Origin: Escherichia phage vB_EcoS-CHD2B1
DNA: 45,144 bases
Strand: one strand, 5' to 3'
Sequence record: MZ234026.1
Of the stretch, positions 35,226-43,468 are shown piece by piece. The notes beneath the pieces are model-generated. The model was not told where the DNA came from. It did no database searches and was given only the letters and a program-made list of their open reading frames with translations. Every line of letters starts with the position of its first letter. Positions within the stretch are counted from its first letter, which is position 1. Position numbers and translations under genes: made by a program.

Positions 35226-35258
35226 CAAAAAGGGGGCCATTACGGCCCCCGAATTATT
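35226..35258. terminator. Bidirectional hairpin terminator (GGGGGCC attac GGCCCCC)
   Basis: Between convergent genes; the o-spanin stop codon lies in the loop. Confidence 0.6.
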
Positions 35259-35470
35259 TTCTGCAACTCCAGCACTTGCGCCCTCAGCTTAGCCCCGCAT
35301 TCCATATTTTTAACATCAACAAGCAAGTCCTCGTCTGGATCTGCCGAGGCATTCTCAAAGGTGCAAGGCGGTCTATAGACCGACTCGGTTAGCGGCGTCG
35401 ATGGCGCTTTGCTTGATCCGCACGCGCTCAGCATCAAAACTACAATCAGGACGGTTAGGACGCGTAACAT
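35240..35470 (-). CDS. Outer-membrane spanin (Rz1-like lipoprotein), overlapping the i-spanin gene out of frame
   Basis: 76 aa; lipobox LMLSAC; Pro-rich mature part; GAGG RBS; overlaps 35373..35470. Confidence 0.65.
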   Translation of the reverse strand: MLRVLTVLIVVLMLSACGSSKAPSTPLTESVYRPPCTFENASADPDEDLLVDVKNMECGAKLRAQVLELQKIIRGP

Positions 35471-35681
35471 ATTTTACAACCTCTTTCGTGATAGTCCGGT
35501 ATTCCACGTCGCGGGCTTGCTCAGCCTTCACCGACCCCTCAACAACCTTAGTTTGCTGCCGTTGGGCTTCGGCTTGCGCTTCTTGCGCCGCTTTCGCCAC
35601 AACGCCAGTGCGGTAGGAATCACCCTGCCAGAATCCAACCGCCAGACCGATAACCAGTCCAATCGCTGCATATTTAATCAC
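35373..35681 (-). CDS. Inner-membrane spanin (Rz-like): N-terminal TM helix plus periplasmic coiled coil
   Basis: TM segment VIKYAAIGLVIGLAVGFW; probable GTG start at 35681 (GGGGG RBS); ORF track gives TTG at 35711. Confidence 0.6.
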   Translation of the reverse strand: MIKYAAIGLVIGLAVGFWQGDSYRTGVVAKAAQEAQAEAQRQQTKVVEGSVKAEQARDVEYRTITKEVVKYVTRPNRPDCSFDAERVRIKQSAIDAANRVGL

Positions 35682-36777
35682 GCCATAACCCCCGGTTTTT
35701 AAGCTGTGCAATAGTCATTAGTTCGCCAGTATCTGTGAACATCCTCGGCACTTTCACGCCGCGCATAATCTGGTCTGCGCGCTGCACCCCATATAATTCC
35801 TCCAGAATATGGCGCGGCTGGCGCTGCACCCATGAGAAGAAATCAGTCTGCGCGTCGACCTGCTCACTCAGCAATCGACCCGCGTCAGCCTTCAGTGCCG
35901 GACGCTTACCACTGGGCCAATCTTCCATGCCTTTGACTTTCCACGTCTCCGTAGACCGGCAGCAATAATGCAGCTTGCCCGGACCAGCGCCATATTGTGA
36001 CCCAGCCACCACTTTCCCGCCGCGCTTTCCTTTGGTGTCGGGAGTAACATCAACTGGATAAAACAGGCGATCGCGTAGCTGGCACATGGGAGAAGTATGC
36101 GTATCCAATGTAGCCAACCATTGGCGACCTTCGAGAATATCGTCATTAGCTTTTACCATTAATTCGCGGGCGGTCGCCGCATAGTGGTTTACTGCGGACT
36201 TAACAACGCTTGAGATTGCCTGCGCACTACGACCGCCGAGAGCGCGCCTTACGTCCGCGATAATTTCCATAGTCGGCTTGCCCTGGATGAATCCAGCGCG
36301 CACCTGATTACCGATCTGCGTCCTGGTCCACTCCGAAAGTGAATCGGGCCATTGCATCATGGTGTTACCCTGGAATGGGTTTTTCATAGCCGTCGCTGCG
36401 ATCTGCGCGCCAGTCACTACGCCAACAACCTCAACAGCCGGTACGGCGACCGCTGGCTGGATCGCTGCCGTTAATGTATCGGCAAGATAATCAGCCTCCG
36501 TGTCGGCGAACTCCTGAAGGCTTTCAGCCAGCGCCTTAAACTCGGTGCGCAGTTCCGTTTTGACGGTCTTGTCGATTTGCGTTAACAGTGTGGTCAGTGC
36601 CTTGTTATTCATGGACTTTTTGCCATCAAGTAACTCGGTCAGCTTACCAAGTAACGTGGGCCGGAACTTCTCCCACATAGTCAGCACCCTTCGCGCCTGG
36701 TCATTGCTCAGGCGCTGGGTGAAGATGTGACGGCGAATCATACGATCCGCCATATGTTGATTAATTGTTCTCGCCAT
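35674..36777 (-). CDS. Head morphogenesis protein (Mu F / SPP1 gp7-like minor head protein)
   Basis: 367 aa; position immediately downstream of portal. Confidence 0.6.
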   Translation of the reverse strand: MARTINQHMADRMIRRHIFTQRLSNDQARRVLTMWEKFRPTLLGKLTELLDGKKSMNNKALTTLLTQIDKTVKTELRTEFKALAESLQEFADTEADYLADTLTAAIQPAVAVPAVEVVGVVTGAQIAATAMKNPFQGNTMMQWPDSLSEWTRTQIGNQVRAGFIQGKPTMEIIADVRRALGGRSAQAISSVVKSAVNHYAATARELMVKANDDILEGRQWLATLDTHTSPMCQLRDRLFYPVDVTPDTKGKRGGKVVAGSQYGAGPGKLHYCCRSTETWKVKGMEDWPSGKRPALKADAGRLLSEQVDAQTDFFSWVQRQPRHILEELYGVQRADQIMRGVKVPRMFTDTGELMTIAQLKNRGLWRD

Positions 36778-38281
36778 TGTCCGTTACCTTGTCCGGGTCT
36801 TCTTCGGTAGATTCTACCGCATCAGGGGACATTTGAGGCAATGGATTCTGATTTCGCAATTCGTCTTCCACCTGCTCGACGGTTTGCGAGTCGTCGATAA
36901 CGCCCTGCGCCATCATCCACTTGATAAAGTCAGCCAGTCGGACCGTGCCAGTCTGCACACCTGACATCATTGCGGTCATAAGCTGCGCGTCAACCGTGAT
37001 TTCGGTGTAGAACTTGTTCAACGTGACTTGCTGCACTGCGGTGTCACCGGTGAATAGCTGGACGATTTGCAGCGCACGGTTGAAAGCCTTCTCAACGTTA
37101 CCGGCAATGAGCGACAAGATACTGTTATCAGTCTGCGCATCGTAGGCCGCTTCGGTTGCCGTCTTCGGTGCGGTCCCCTTCTCAACCAGGGCCGCGCCCA
37201 GTTTAGCCATCTGCAATTCGCGGCGCTCACAAAGTGCAACAGACAAGTTGCGCTCCTCGGCCTGAATCAGTTTAGCGTCCATGTTCTGGCCCAGGATAAC
37301 GCCCTTAGTCGCACCGAGAGCGATGCCACCCTTCAGGTTTTTGTCGGCCCATGATTGAGTCAAGCCCGTGGCAACCAGGGTAGGCTGGCCCACGATGTGC
37401 GCAATCTCGGCGACGTCCGCCTCAGCGTTGTAGTGCTTAATGTTGATGGATGCAATATCCGCCAGCGGCGCGGCGTCCGGCGTGGCGTTGTTGTCCACTG
37501 CACCACACCAGCAAAATGGCAGTTGAGTAAGCGCCCGACCGGCAGCATCTACCAAAGGTACAAGGTCGGTGCGGGTGAATCCGCGCGGCAAGTCCATTTG
37601 CACCTCGGACGTGTCCGCGTTGTAAAACCAGCGGCGGGCGTGCGCCTTGCCGTCAACCATGCGAAGCTCGGTCCAGATCGTTACTTCGTGGTTTGCGAAG
37701 TCGTCCGGGTCTTCGGTGCTGATTTCGTCCGTTTCCTTCAGCACGATTAGCGTATCGACGCCGTGAGTCTGCCGCCAGTTGATGATCTGTTCTGCCGTAT
37801 ACAGGCGGATAAGCGGGCGGTGTGTCGCCATCTCGGCGGCGGTCTGCGGCACTACGTTACCCAGTTCATCAAAGTTAGCCTGGCGGTCGTAGTCCACCAT
37901 AAAGCCAGCGCGGCCCGATTGCAGCACTTCCGACATAGCACCGCGCAGGAGTTGCGCGAGCGGCATTCCGCTGCCGTCTACGTCATCAATCAGGTCAGCC
38001 ATCGCCCCGGTAAGGTCCACACTAACAGGTTTAGCGAAAGCAACGCCTAACAGCGCGTTAAGAGTACGTGCGGTGGCGTTCAGGAATACAGCACGTTGCT
38101 TATACGCCTTATATCGCGCCCGTGCTTTCGGGTCGGTATTGTCGCCACTGGCTGGGTGGGGCAGGTACAAAGGACCGCACGCCTTCACGGCGCGCTCCCC
38201 TGCTACGCAATCCCGAATCATTTTCCACTCTTGCGCGATGCGCGCATAGAGTGGGTGTTGGTTGTCAACGTTAACGGTCAT
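36761..38281 (-). CDS. Portal protein
   Basis: 506 aa from ATG 38281 (AAGGAA RBS); position downstream of terminase large subunit. Confidence 0.7.
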   Translation of the reverse strand: MTVNVDNQHPLYARIAQEWKMIRDCVAGERAVKACGPLYLPHPASGDNTDPKARARYKAYKQRAVFLNATARTLNALLGVAFAKPVSVDLTGAMADLIDDVDGSGMPLAQLLRGAMSEVLQSGRAGFMVDYDRQANFDELGNVVPQTAAEMATHRPLIRLYTAEQIINWRQTHGVDTLIVLKETDEISTEDPDDFANHEVTIWTELRMVDGKAHARRWFYNADTSEVQMDLPRGFTRTDLVPLVDAAGRALTQLPFCWCGAVDNNATPDAAPLADIASINIKHYNAEADVAEIAHIVGQPTLVATGLTQSWADKNLKGGIALGATKGVILGQNMDAKLIQAEERNLSVALCERRELQMAKLGAALVEKGTAPKTATEAAYDAQTDNSILSLIAGNVEKAFNRALQIVQLFTGDTAVQQVTLNKFYTEITVDAQLMTAMMSGVQTGTVRLADFIKWMMAQGVIDDSQTVEQVEDELRNQNPLPQMSPDAVESTEEDPDKVTDNGENN

Positions 38282-38291
38282 GGTCGTTTCC

Positions 38292-39677
38292 TTAGTAGAA
38301 GTCAACAGTTGGAACAACGGCGATAGGACGAATCACTGGGAACAGGTGCGCAATTGGATAGCCCGCGGCATCGTTCATGTGGTCCACACCGGCGGTTTTA
38401 TCCGGCTCGCCTTTCTTCAGGTCATAAACCTGCTGTTCCAGACATTTCGCTAGTGTAGGGCATTTATCCATGTTGACAAAATACTGGCGCACGCCCTTCG
38501 AGTTGCACATCATCGTATTCATCGCGATCAATCTGTCTTTTACAGGCGGGTTGACGCTGTCATACTCCACCTCGAAGCCAGCGTCTTCCAGTTGCGCGAT
38601 ATCGGACGACGATGCGTTAACAGTCTTACGAGACTTGCCACTGCTATCCGGGTAAACGACGACCCGACCGGCAGCACAATGATCGGGGTAGCGCTCCTCG
38701 ATCGCCTCAATCATAGCCGGGGTATCAAACAGGTCCACGAATTCATCCACTGCGTGAATCTCGTCGCGGAACTCCTTGTTCTCGGTAGTGTGCTGCCGTC
38801 TGACGTACACAACCGCCGCCATTTTCGTTACGTTAAAGTCCATACCGATAATCAGCGTATCATCCGGTTGCACTTCCTCGGTGCTGGCGTTCTCTTCGCG
38901 GTTAAACATCTTGTAGACCGCGCCAGACGTAAGGTTGACAAACAGGCCGTTCAGGTATGCATCAATCAGGTTTGCCGGGTACTGGCTCCGCAGCGTGTCG
39001 ATAAAGTCTGCCGGTAAGTGGTGATTATCGGTAGTCTTCGCCCTGATCAAACGTTTCTGGCTATCCTTCTCCACTTCGAAAATCTGGTACATCGCCCGGA
39101 AGCCTTCAGGCGTGGATACGATGACGAACTGGCGCACCAGGCCCGCACGCAGACGACCAAGCAATTTGTGATATGCCGCCATAGCGACGTCTTGCTTAGT
39201 GGTGTCGAACTCATCGGCAACAATCCACGCGGCGTTAACCCCGATCAGGCGGGTGTAGTTCTCCATTGACTCACAAATAACGCGGGTCCATTTGCCTTTC
39301 ACCAGCACGCTATAAATCTTGTCTTGCTTGTTGAACTTCCACCGGAATCCAGCCTCGTCGAATGCCTTCTCAAGCTCCGGGTACATGATTTTAACCAGGA
39401 GTGGAATAGTCGGTTCTGTAACGATGCCATCATGACCGGGGTTAAGTGTGAGAAGCTGGATGACCTTACGCGCCGCTACCCACGACTTTCCGCCACCGAA
39501 GCCGGAGCAAAGGCCGAGGATTTTAGTCTTCGTGTCGCGCAGCAGTTCTACCTGGTGCGGAAGGCAATCAGGCTGATACAGGCGGACGGCCTGCGCAACG
39601 CGCGTAGGGCGTGGCGGTCGGTTGCGCTTTGCGATCGCGCGTTCAAGTGCGCGGTGTTCTGCCGCATAGTTACGCAT
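38292..39677 (-). CDS. Terminase large subunit
   Basis: 461 aa; Walker A GLCSGFGGGKS, Walker B WIVADEFD; C-terminal nuclease region. Confidence 0.85.
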   Translation of the reverse strand: MRNYAAEHRALERAIAKRNRPPRPTRVAQAVRLYQPDCLPHQVELLRDTKTKILGLCSGFGGGKSWVAARKVIQLLTLNPGHDGIVTEPTIPLLVKIMYPELEKAFDEAGFRWKFNKQDKIYSVLVKGKWTRVICESMENYTRLIGVNAAWIVADEFDTTKQDVAMAAYHKLLGRLRAGLVRQFVIVSTPEGFRAMYQIFEVEKDSQKRLIRAKTTDNHHLPADFIDTLRSQYPANLIDAYLNGLFVNLTSGAVYKMFNREENASTEEVQPDDTLIIGMDFNVTKMAAVVYVRRQHTTENKEFRDEIHAVDEFVDLFDTPAMIEAIEERYPDHCAAGRVVVYPDSSGKSRKTVNASSSDIAQLEDAGFEVEYDSVNPPVKDRLIAMNTMMCNSKGVRQYFVNMDKCPTLAKCLEQQVYDLKKGEPDKTAGVDHMNDAAGYPIAHLFPVIRPIAVVPTVDFY

Positions 39678-40228
39678 TACTCACCCTGGCCTTTGCCGGT
39701 AGGTTCCACAACGACGTCGCCGTTATCATCTTCGTCGTCATCCAGCGGCGCATCGTCACGAATGCCGTGGTTGGCTTTAAGCAGGAACGTAGCGAAGCCC
39801 GCCGCGATGGTCACGCCGCCAGCTTCCATCAGGAAAGTTTTCTGCAACTCCATAGCGTCCGCCATCGCTTCGGCGAACTCCTCATGTGCGCGCGCCCAGC
39901 GATACAGGCAGGCGATGCCTACACCAATATTTGCAGCGAATCGACCGAGAGTCGGCATCATGTTTCGAGGGATGACTTGCGCAGCGCCCTTGTCGGAGTA
40001 GTTGATCTGCCAGGCTACGGCATCGGCGAAATAGCGACGAAGCTGGTCACAATACACGGTGCGGTAGTCGGTCGGGCGTCCGCATTTGCCGCCTTTACGA
40101 CGCTTGCCGTATTCGATCTCTGGTCCAAGATTGGTGTGTTCTGTTTGCTCGCCTGGTTTACGGCGCGGGGTAACTGCTACTCGTCCGTCCAGTTTGGCAC
40201 GACGGCCCTTAACTTTGATTTCTGCCAT
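39677..40228 (-). CDS. Terminase small subunit
   Basis: 183 aa from ATG 40228; HTH-like PTLGRFAANIGVGIACLYRWARAHEEF; acidic C-terminus; TAATG coupling with large subunit. Confidence 0.65.
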   Translation of the reverse strand: MAEIKVKGRRAKLDGRVAVTPRRKPGEQTEHTNLGPEIEYGKRRKGGKCGRPTDYRTVYCDQLRRYFADAVAWQINYSDKGAAQVIPRNMMPTLGRFAANIGVGIACLYRWARAHEEFAEAMADAMELQKTFLMEAGGVTIAAGFATFLLKANHGIRDDAPLDDDEDDNGDVVVEPTGKGQGE

Positions 40229-40311
40229 GATATAAGCCCTTTTATGCATATGCGCCGACCATCGGCAACATAGGAGACGGCCCAGCCATCTAAGGGGGAT
40301 TATAACAGGCA

Positions 40312-40338
40312 CAAAAAAGCCCACCAAATCGGCGGGCT
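40312..40338 (-). terminator. Rho-independent terminator on minus strand (GCCCGCC gattt GGTGGGC plus 6 T)
   Basis: Located between gene 40346..40558 and terminase small subunit gene. Confidence 0.55.
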
Positions 40339-40345
40339 GGGAGGG

Positions 40346-40558
40346 TTAAACGGCGCGACCGTAGTATCTGGTCAACATGCTTTCTACTTCGCTTATAGCG
40401 CCTTCTGTGTAGCGTATCTGCGATAGTATCTCGATCCGCTCACTGATAGACATGCCTATTGCCGCTGCCGTTCGTTCGAATCGGCGCAAGCCTTCAAGCT
40501 GTTTGCGAAGCTCTTTCAGGCGGGTGGCCTGCGTGCTCATGAATACTTGTCTAATCAT
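40346..40558 (-). CDS. Small coiled-coil hypothetical protein (70 aa)
   Basis: ORF overlapping the upstream gene stop. Confidence 0.45.
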   Translation of the reverse strand: MIRQVFMSTQATRLKELRKQLEGLRRFERTAAAIGMSISERIEILSQIRYTEGAISEVESMLTRYYGRAV

Positions 40559-41697
40559 TTCAACATTTCCGGGCTAATGGTTAAGCGCGCTACTTCGCCG
40601 TAGTTGGCGCTATAGGTGATGACGTTAGCACTACGACCAGACATCCAACCGCCGCGGCTCGCATATGCGTCTTTCGCGGCAAGGGTCCGGTGCTGTTCAA
40701 CAATCATGTTGCGGGATTCAACAATCTTCTGGTGGTGCAAGTGGCCCACGTGCGCGTAGCTGTACTCACTGGACCCGAAAGCCTGTCTGAATTTAGAAAT
40801 CATGACCGGTTCGATGGCGTCAAAGCGTGCTTTGTGTCCGTGGTGGAAGAACAGCGTTGTTTTACCGTGCTGCACCATTTTGTAAACGTCCGGGGACGTG
40901 TCCACATCAACGCGCGGCTCGTTCTCGTACAGGGTATTGAACATCTCAGCCAGCCAAATCATACCGGACTCATCATGATTACCCTGGACGATTAACAGTT
41001 TGACCTTATGGTGTTTTTGCAGCGCCAGTTCAACCACGTTGCGCACCATGCAAATCATGTAGCGGACCAGTTTCTGGTAGCGGGTATCTGCGTCCAGTAC
41101 GTGACCACTGGCTGGCGTGACGGCGTCGAGGCTGTCAAAGTGGGCCATATCACCGAGGATATTGATTACAGCAGTGCCAGCGTCCGGCGCGCGGGCGAAG
41201 GCTTCGACAAACCAGCGGTAAAAAAGGTCTTCGGCGATTGCCATATCCCAGTCCTCGCCAGTCTCCTCGCCCCACGCCAACATTCCCAGGTGGAAGTCTG
41301 ACACGGTATACAGGTTAAGCAGGTCAAGCGCCTGGATCGGGACTGGCGGAGCGCTCACTGGTGCTGCCGGTGTGATTTCGCTATTCATGCCCTCGACAAC
41401 GGCGCGCATTGCTTCGAGTTGGCGCTCCTTGTCCTGCTCGGTGATAACCCAGGACATGACCTCTTCGCCATTGCCACGCACAAGGGCGGAGACACGCTTA
41501 ACGCCGAAGCCATCGGCAACGCGCTTACGGATTACAGCATCGTTGCCGTGTCCAATGCCTTTCTTCGACAGGCGAGCTTTGCGCATATAGACATTTCGAA
41601 GGGCAATGCCGTATTTCTTCGCAATATCTTTCGAGGTAGTGCCAGATTGCAATTCAGCGATCAATTGCTCGTCGGTAATTTTAGTTTGCGGGTGCAT
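40555..41697 (-). CDS. Calcineurin-like metallophosphoesterase (SbcD/Mre11-like motifs) with N-terminal helix-turn-helix domain
   Basis: 380 aa; N-terminal TSKDIAKKYGIALRNVYMRK; motifs YTVSDFHLG, ILGDMAHFD, VQGNHDE, GHLHH. Confidence 0.65.
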   Translation of the reverse strand: MHPQTKITDEQLIAELQSGTTSKDIAKKYGIALRNVYMRKARLSKKGIGHGNDAVIRKRVADGFGVKRVSALVRGNGEEVMSWVITEQDKERQLEAMRAVVEGMNSEITPAAPVSAPPVPIQALDLLNLYTVSDFHLGMLAWGEETGEDWDMAIAEDLFYRWFVEAFARAPDAGTAVINILGDMAHFDSLDAVTPASGHVLDADTRYQKLVRYMICMVRNVVELALQKHHKVKLLIVQGNHDESGMIWLAEMFNTLYENEPRVDVDTSPDVYKMVQHGKTTLFFHHGHKARFDAIEPVMISKFRQAFGSSEYSYAHVGHLHHQKIVESRNMIVEQHRTLAAKDAYASRGGWMSGRSANVITYSANYGEVARLTISPEMLK

Positions 41698-41759
41698 ATT
41701 AATTTACTTCCTGATTGAGAGGACCGAGGACAATATACCACGGTCCCTATGGCGGCGGG

Positions 41760-41840
41760 CTATAGCAATTCGCAAATAGCCATACCGATGAATGCGGCGG
41801 CGGACCAGATTGCCAGTACATAAATATCATTGCGTGTCAT
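41760..41840 (-). CDS. 26-aa hydrophobic peptide
   Basis: ATG 41840 preceded by strong RBS GAAGGAG; sequence MTRNDIYVLAIWSAAAFIGMAICELL. Confidence 0.3.
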   Translation of the reverse strand: MTRNDIYVLAIWSAAAFIGMAICELL

Positions 41841-41863
41841 AGTGTATTACTCCTTCTCGTTGA

Positions 41864-41895
41864 TTGGTTGCAGTATGGCCCTTATGTTGGTTGCA
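41864..41895. promoter_or_regulatory. Pair of TTGGTTGCA motifs (spacing 23 bp)
   Basis: gattggttgcagtatggcccttatgttggttgcaag between terminator 41905..41932 and the small peptide gene. Confidence 0.4.
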
Positions 41896-41904
41896 AGTCA
41901 AGCA

Positions 41905-41932
41905 ATAAAAAGCCCGGAATTAACCGGGCTTC
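41905..41932 (-). terminator. Rho-independent terminator on minus strand (AGCCCGG ttaatt CCGGGCT plus TTTTTATT)
   Basis: Immediately after the lysis cassette. Confidence 0.6.
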
Positions 41933-41936
41933 GTGT

Positions 41937-42107
41937 TTATGCCGCGGGGCCTGGTTCTTCCGGCGGTGGCGGGCTTGGCAGCTTCGCGTCAAAGACACCC
42001 GCATGACTGATAGTGTCCGCGATAATGGCGCGCGCGCCTGGGTCTTCCGTTTTAGCCAGTGCGGCAAGCGCGTCCGCGTTATGATCAAGAATACTTTTTA
42101 ACATACT
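41937..42107 (-). CDS. Small protein with Pro-rich C-terminus (56 aa), last gene of lysis cassette
   Basis: ATG 42107 with AAGAGGAA RBS; ...KLPSPPPPEEPGPAA. Confidence 0.5.
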   Translation of the reverse strand, partial: SMLKSILDHNADALAALAKTEDPGARAIIADTISHAGVFDAKLPSPPPPEEPGPAA

Positions 42108-42120
42108 GTGTTTCCTCTTA

Positions 42121-42612
42121 TTATGCCGCGTTACGACCGATTTTCTCGGCAACGTCCCACTGCTTACCATCGAATAGCGCCTGTCTGCCGATTGCACGAC
42201 GTACCAGGCCCTTGAGCACTTCACCGCCTTGCTTGCGGAACTGCGGCAGCGTAGCACGGACTTTGGCCCAATCACCCAGGCGCACCGCGTCATCGAAGTC
42301 ATTGGCAATGTTATCCGGTACGATCGGACCTTGACCGGCATTGATTACCAGATCCACCAGCGCGTCGAATTGCGCCTGATTGATGCTCGGGTGTGCGTAC
42401 TTGTTCACCCAGTTCTCGGCATACGCCACATCACGCTTGAGTAGCTCCAGCGCTTCCGCGCGGGTAATGCTCTGTGGCGGATTAGTGCCAGTATGACCGT
42501 AGCCCCAGGTGTACAAGCCGCGGGCCTGCTCCTTCTTAGTCGCGAAATACGGCACTGGGCTGAACGACTCCCACGCTGCCGTAAATCTTAGACCGTTGTC
42601 ACTAAATCGCAT
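42121..42612 (-). CDS. Endolysin, phage lysozyme (glycoside hydrolase family 24-like)
   Basis: 163 aa; GLYTWGYGHTG and NQAQFDALVDLVINAGQ resemble the P22/T4-type lysozyme core. Confidence 0.8.
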   Translation of the reverse strand: MRFSDNGLRFTAAWESFSPVPYFATKKEQARGLYTWGYGHTGTNPPQSITRAEALELLKRDVAYAENWVNKYAHPSINQAQFDALVDLVINAGQGPIVPDNIANDFDDAVRLGDWAKVRATLPQFRKQGGEVLKGLVRRAIGRQALFDGKQWDVAEKIGRNAA

Positions 42613-42841
42613 GTTTTACCCCATTTAAAACAGCATTACGCAGTGTGCGTAATGCGAATAGCCAGATTAGCACGGACCAGACTGTATTCGATACGTCCCC
42701 CGTTTGCATCAGGCCAATAATACAGGTCATTGCTGTAAGCAGGTAGAGCACCCGTCCGCAAATGCCATCCTGGACGGATGGCGCGTATACGTTATACAGC
42801 GACGAAGCCCCGATCACTAATAACAGGATGGCGATAATCAT
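42602..42841 (-). CDS. Holin or antiholin (small membrane protein)
   Basis: 79 aa with 2-3 predicted TM helices; directly upstream of endolysin. Confidence 0.55.
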   Translation of the reverse strand: MIIAILLLVIGASSLYNVYAPSVQDGICGRVLYLLTAMTCIIGLMQTGDVSNTVWSVLIWLFALRTLRNAVLNGVKHAI

Positions 42842-43128
42842 TTTGCATTCCCCGGCAGACGGAACGAGGAAATTGCTTCACGGATTCTGGCGGCGACCGG
42901 CATCCAGAAGATTGCCGTTACGAAGCCAAGACCGGCGACAGTTCTCGGTCCGGTTAGATTAAACCACTCGGCAATAGCTGGTGCCCCAAACACGGCGCAC
43001 AAGAAGCCGACCACGATAAACAACACAAAATTTAGCGGCCCTTTCGTTGCCTCACCGTGAATGCGAGCGCCAACGAAGCCACCTGCAAGACACGCGAGGG
43101 CGAATAACCACTCGTTTAGCTTATCCAT
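42838..43128 (-). CDS. Holin (small membrane protein)
   Basis: 96 aa; TM helices WLFALACLAGGFVGA and FVLFIVVGFLCAVFGA; charged C-terminus. Confidence 0.6.
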   Translation of the reverse strand: MDKLNEWLFALACLAGGFVGARIHGEATKGPLNFVLFIVVGFLCAVFGAPAIAEWFNLTGPRTVAGLGFVTAIFWMPVAARIREAISSFRLPGNAK

Positions 43129-43162
43129 AAAAAAGTCCCAGTAAGTTTTAGCTCACTGGGAC
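43129..43162 (-). terminator. Hairpin plus U-run immediately upstream of holin start codon (terminator or translational control structure)
   Basis: GTCCCAGT ... ACTGGGAC 8-bp stem followed on the minus strand by TTTTTT and then ATG. Confidence 0.4.
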
Positions 43163-43180
43163 TATATCACGACTGCATAT

Positions 43181-43468
43181 TTAATCGAAAATGGACCACT
43201 TGCCGACGCCTTTCCATTCCCACCCGGATGACCGGATGGCCTCAAACCTTCGACCGCCAATCATATCCAGATACCAAAGCCACCACATGCGCAACCTGGT
43301 CGGGTGTTCCGATATGCCGCGGCGCTTGTATATCTTGAACGTCATGCGGGTAATGCTGGCTGCTTCCACCGCGGGCCATACCAGGAATAGCCATACCAAC
43401 AGCGCCAGCACCACAACAAAGAGTGACGCACACCCCAAACCAAACCAAAATATCAAATCGTATAGCAT
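43181..43468 (-). CDS. Membrane protein (95 aa)
   Basis: From ATG 43468; hydrophobic LIFWFGLGCASLFVVVLALLVWLFLVW. Confidence 0.45.
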   Translation of the reverse strand: MLYDLIFWFGLGCASLFVVVLALLVWLFLVWPAVEAASITRMTFKIYKRRGISEHPTRLRMWWLWYLDMIGGRRFEAIRSSGWEWKGVGKWSIFD

